Origin: a virus
Lineage: Duplodnaviria; Heunggongvirae; Uroviricota; Caudoviricetes
Length of the DNA stretch: 8,995 bases
Direction: 5' to 3' (one strand)
Virus record (IMG/VR): IMGVR_UViG_2609460067_000017
Of the stretch, positions 6,455 to 8,995 are shown in pieces. The translations under genes were made by a program, and so were the position numbers. Under the pieces are notes generated by a model, which worked only from the letters and a program-made list of their open reading frames with translations, was not told the DNA's origin and ran no database searches. Numbering within the stretch: the stretch's first letter is position 1; every line of letters starts with the position of its first letter.

Positions 6455-6679
6455 ATGCTGCGATGGCAACCGGGAGCAACTCTGCTCTCCGCATTTGATA
6501 TCAAAATTGGTCGACTGTCGGCCAGCGTCAGGAAACAGACTTTGACCGAGTCTGATATTGCCCGTGCCTGCCAGAAGGCAGATGACGCAATAAGCTACAT
6601 AATGAGGAAAGACCATGAAAAGCGATCACGACATAATCACCAGAGAAGAAATGGTCGAGCTGACGGGAAGCCCACTTAA
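6455..6679 (+). CDS. Hypothetical small basic protein (74 aa from the ATG at 6455)
   Basis: SD GGAGGA (6445-6450) precedes the ATG at 6455; overlaps the start of the next ORF by 65 nt in a different frame. The C-terminus is very basic. Coding status is uncertain. Confidence 0.35.
   Translation: MLRWQPGATLLSAFDIKIGRLSASVRKQTLTESDIARACQKADDAISYIMRKDHEKRSRHNHQRRNGRADGKPT
6602..6614 (+). repeat. Copy 3 of conserved motif ATGAGGAAAGACC, immediately 5' of the excisionase-like ORF start codon
   Basis: The motif ends at 6614 and the ATG is at 6615; identical 13-mer to the copies at 3004 and 3427. Confidence 0.7.
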
Positions 6680-6878
6680 ATCAAAGCAATGTGAGGCTCT
6701 TCGCCGGGCTGGAATTTTCTTCATGGAAAGGGCTGACGGACACCCAAAAACAACCTGGGGCCATTTCATGAACCCAATAAAATTTCGCAATTTACAGGAG
6801 GTGACGACGCGAAAAGATGATGAACCTGATTTTGGAGCAATATTTAATGGCCGGAAAGAGAAAGAACCCAGCAGATAA
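6615..6878 (+). CDS. Excisionase-like / recombination directionality factor candidate (small DNA-binding protein upstream of int, DUF4224-like)
   Basis: 87-aa ORF directly upstream of and overlapping the integrase start by about 30 nt, an arrangement like lambda xis-int. The MVELTGSPLKSKQCEALRRAGIFF segment resembles the small DNA-binding proteins commonly found upstream of phage integrases (recall, not searched). Confidence 0.5.
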   Translation: MKSDHDIITREEMVELTGSPLKSKQCEALRRAGIFFMERADGHPKTTWGHFMNPIKFRNLQEVTTRKDDEPDFGAIFNGRKEKEPSR

Positions 6879-7863
6879 CTGGATGCCGCCTCGTGTTTAC
6901 CAGGGCAAAGCGGCCTACGAATTCAGGAATAAAGATAACAAAGCGATACGCCTGTGCGCATTGGATGCACCACGATCAGCCGTATGGCTGGCATATGAAA
7001 AAGCGGTCGGTGACGAAAAAGAAAGAAATACTTTTCAGGCGCTCACGGAACAATTCATGACCTCCCCTGATTTTATGGATTTGGCAGTCGAAACCCGGAA
7101 AGACTACACAAAATATTCCGGAAAAGTTCTGCCTGTCTTCGGGAAGATCGACCCGGATAAAATCAAACCTGAACATATTCGGCGCTATATGGATCAACGC
7201 GGTTTATCAAGCCGAACTCAGGCAAACAGGGAAAAAAGCTTTATGTCCCGGGTATTCCGTTGGGGTTATGAACGAGGTTATGTTCAGAGGAATCCTTGTC
7301 AGGGAGTTAAACAGTTTAAAGAGAAAGCTCGCGAACGTTATATTACGGATGAAGAATATCAGGCCGTTTATGAAGTGTCTCCTGATGTTGTTCGCGTAGC
7401 AATGGAGATTGCCTACTTATGCGTGGCCAGACAGAGTGATGTACTTTCATTGCAGAAAGACCAGCTGTTCGATTCCGGGATCTACATTCGTCAGGGAAAA
7501 ACCGGCGTTAAGCAAATCAAAGCCTGGTCGCCTCGTCTGCAGAAAGCGATAGCTCTGGCTCGTTCTCTGCCATTAAAAACGGGAATCAGTAGCCTGTTTG
7601 TGATTCATCAAACTACCGGTGGCAAGTATACCCGTGATGGTTTTAACTCTCGTTGGCGTGATGTCAAAGCGGCAGCACAGGAAAAATATCCTCATCTGCA
7701 AATAGACTTCACATTTCATGATCTGAAAGCAAAAGGTATCTCTGATCTGGAAGGCAGCCTGGAAGAGAAGCAAGCAATTTCCGGGCATAAGAACCCGCGA
7801 CAGACAGCAGCATATGACCGGAAAGTTAAAGTAGTGCCCGTAGTTGGTGGCCAGAGAAAATGA
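6847..7863 (+). CDS. int: Lambda-family tyrosine integrase
   Basis: C-terminal catalytic-domain motifs by recall of lambda Int: KTGVK (versus SKTGVKIAIP), FHDLKA (versus FHELRS) and GHKNPRQTAAYDR (versus GHKSDTMASQYRD), with the tyrosine nucleophile near the C-terminus. The start is taken as ATG 6847 (MAGKRK, analogous to lambda MGRRRS); the track ORF begins at 6817. Lies next to the tRNA-Leu 3' end. TGA stop at 7861-7863. Confidence 0.9.
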   Translation: MAGKRKNPADNWMPPRVYQGKAAYEFRNKDNKAIRLCALDAPRSAVWLAYEKAVGDEKERNTFQALTEQFMTSPDFMDLAVETRKDYTKYSGKVLPVFGKIDPDKIKPEHIRRYMDQRGLSSRTQANREKSFMSRVFRWGYERGYVQRNPCQGVKQFKEKARERYITDEEYQAVYEVSPDVVRVAMEIAYLCVARQSDVLSLQKDQLFDSGIYIRQGKTGVKQIKAWSPRLQKAIALARSLPLKTGISSLFVIHQTTGGKYTRDGFNSRWRDVKAAAQEKYPHLQIDFTFHDLKAKGISDLEGSLEEKQAISGHKNPRQTAAYDRKVKVVPVVGGQRK

Positions 7864-7887
7864 ATGATGATGCGTCCAGAGAAAAAT

Positions 7888-7909
7888 CATCTTCGGACGC
7901 ATCTTCGGA
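7888..7909 (+). repeat. Direct repeat CATCTTCGGA x2 (12-bp period) between int and the att/tRNA junction; candidate integrase arm-type binding sites
   Basis: Exact 10-nt copies at 7888-7897 and 7900-7909; they overlap a 9-bp inverted repeat GATGCGTCC (7869-7877) / GGACGCATC (7895-7903). The position matches where an attP arm would end up in an integrated prophage. Confidence 0.3.
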
Positions 7910-7926
7910 AATGAGAAAGAAGATAC

Positions 7927-7950
7927 AAAAAAACCACCCGAAGGTGGTTT
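7927..7950 (-). terminator. Strong rho-independent terminator for the glyW-cysT-leuZ tRNA operon (weakly bidirectional)
   Basis: Minus-strand RNA reads AAACCACC-UUCG-GGUGGUUU followed by a U-tract (A7 on the plus strand at 7927-7933): a GC-rich stem with a UUCG tetraloop about 45 nt downstream of the leuZ 3' end. On the plus strand the same hairpin is followed by only TTT, so it is at best a weak terminator for int. Confidence 0.7.
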
Positions 7951-7993
7951 CACGACACTGCTTATTGCTTTGATTTTATTCTTATCTTTCCCA

Positions 7994-8080
7994 TGGTACC
8001 CGGAGCGGGACTTGAACCCGCACAGCGCGAACGCCGAGGGATTTTAAATCCCTTGTGTCTACCGATTCCACCATCCGGGC
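7994..8080 (-). tRNA. leuZ: tRNA-Leu (anticodon UAA), 87 nt including CCA
   Basis: The reverse complement reads GCCCGGATGGTGGAATCGGTAGACACAAGGGATTTAAAATCCCTCGGCGTTCGCGCTGTGCGGGTTCAAGTCCCGCTCCGGGTACCA: class II tRNA with a long variable arm, anticodon loop TTTAAAA and T-loop GGTTCAAGTCC; matches E. coli leuZ by recall. Confidence 0.95.
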
Positions 8081-8092
8081 TCGGGAAAAAAG

Positions 8093-8166
8093 TGGAGGCG
8101 CGTTCCGGAGTCGAACCGGACTAGACGGATTTGCAATCCGCTACATAACCGCTTTGTTAACGCGCC
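8093..8166 (-). tRNA. cysT: tRNA-Cys (anticodon GCA), 74 nt including CCA
   Basis: The reverse complement reads GGCGCGTTAACAAAGCGGTTATGTAGCGGATTGCAAATCCGTCTAGTCCGGTTCGACTCCGGAACGCGCCTCCA; matches E. coli cysT by recall. Confidence 0.95.
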
Positions 8167-8219
8167 AAATTCTTCAGGCCTTTCAGCCAGACATCCGCTG
8201 ACGCCGATGCCTTTTAAAC

Positions 8220-8295
<76 letters not shown>

Positions 8296-8368
8296 ATTCA
8301 TCAAGCAATCAGTTAATCACTTGATTTTATTATCGTCTGGCAATCAGTGCCGCCGTTCGATGCGTTGC

Positions 8369-8396
8369 ATTCTACTTACCTGGCGCGATGAGTCAA
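8369..8396 (-). promoter_or_regulatory. Candidate sigma70 promoter of the glyW-cysT-leuZ operon
   Basis: On the minus strand: -35 TTGACT (plus 8391-8396), 16-nt spacer, -10 TAGAAT (plus 8369-8374), followed by a GC-rich discriminator (GCAACGC) as in stringently controlled stable-RNA promoters; an A/T-rich block lies upstream. About 70 nt upstream of the glyW 5' end. Confidence 0.5.
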
Positions 8397-8446
8397 CGAT
8401 ATTTTTCACCACTTTTGATCGTTTGCTGAAAATTGCGCCGAAACGA

Positions 8447-8995
8447 TCACTGATCAAGCAAATCTGCACGCGCAGCGCTCAAATATTGCAACATTGACCA
8501 CAGAGTCAGTACCGCAGCCACAAAGAAAAGTGCAATACCGGCGTACTCAACCCAAATATTCGGACGCCACAGCAGCCATGCCAACGCCACCATCTGGGCA
8601 GTGGTTTTCACTTTTCCAATCCAGGAGACAGCCACGCTACTGCGTTTACCCAACTCCGCCATCCATTCGCGTAGCGCAGAAATAATAATTTCACGGGCGA
8701 TCATCGTTGCTGCCGGTAAGGTCACCCACCAGCTGTGGTAATGCTCGGTTACCAGCACCATGGCGATAGCCACGAGAACTTTATCTGCGACAGGGTCAAG
8801 GAAAGCACCAAACCGGGTACTCTGATTCCAGCGGCGTGCCAGAAAACCATCGAACCAGTCAGTCACCGCCGCGACGCAGAAAATGAGCGCGGCGGCAAAC
8901 GGCGACCAGGTGACAGGCAAATAAAAGACCAATACAAAGAATGGGATAAGGATGACACGGAACAGTGTAAGCAACGTAGGGATATTAAATTGCAT
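8447..8995 (-). CDS. pgsA: CDP-diacylglycerol--glycerol-3-phosphate 3-phosphatidyltransferase (phosphatidylglycerophosphate synthase)
   Basis: 182-aa membrane protein [20 protein letters not shown]... with the CDP-alcohol phosphotransferase motif ([10 protein letters not shown]...[10 protein letters not shown]); full length and, by recall, identical or nearly so to E. coli PgsA. The start codon is at the window edge (8993-8995). Confidence 0.97.

Larger units (their letters stand above)
1..7993. mobile_element. Lambdoid prophage (probably cryptic/deleted) integrated at the 3' end of leuZ; left boundary outside the window
   Basis: The integrase and excisionase-like genes abut the tRNA-Leu 3' end; co-directional early operon, divergent repressor/Cro-like immunity switch, and Pin invertase. 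No replication, lysis or structural genes lie between the YdaT-like gene and pin. No second copy of the leuZ 3' end was seen in the window. Confidence 0.7.

Noticed and set aside
6322-6616. Minus-strand ORFs of 60 and 65 aa
   Set aside because: Antisense to plus-strand genes that have RBSs and operon context; no supporting signals.
1-7993. Second copy of the leuZ 3' end (att direct repeat) that would mark the left prophage boundary
   Set aside because: I scanned for the leuZ 3' segment (plus-strand form TGGTACCCGGAGCGGGACTTGAACCC) elsewhere in the window and did not see it; the left boundary is presumably outside the window.

Overview
The window is the right-hand end of a lambdoid-type, probably cryptic prophage inserted at the 3' end of tRNA-Leu (leuZ) in an Escherichia coli-like backbone (pgsA, glyW, cysT, leuZ). 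From right to left the prophage carries a lambda-type tyrosine integrase with an overlapping excisionase-like ORF, a co-directional early operon, and a divergent immunity switch (XRE-family repressor facing a Cro/YdaS-like gene and a YdaT-like gene). The early operon contains a 106-aa ORF, a 738-aa protein whose C-terminus looks like a Rad52-family annealing domain, a Gp157-like protein and a 60-aa CsrA-like protein. A Pin/Gin-type DNA invertase sits at the window start, directly abutting the YdaT-like gene, so replication, lysis and structural modules appear to be missing. The features least explained by standard annotation are the 738-aa Rad52-domain fusion with no exonuclease partner, the CsrA-like small protein, a 13-nt motif repeated exactly three times (twice directly at start codons), and a roughly 0.9-kb GC-rich gap with no convincing ORF that sits in the slot occupied by rexAB/N in lambda and contains a tRNA-like T-arm motif. 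All protein-family calls are from reading the translations and recalled family signatures; no database search was run.
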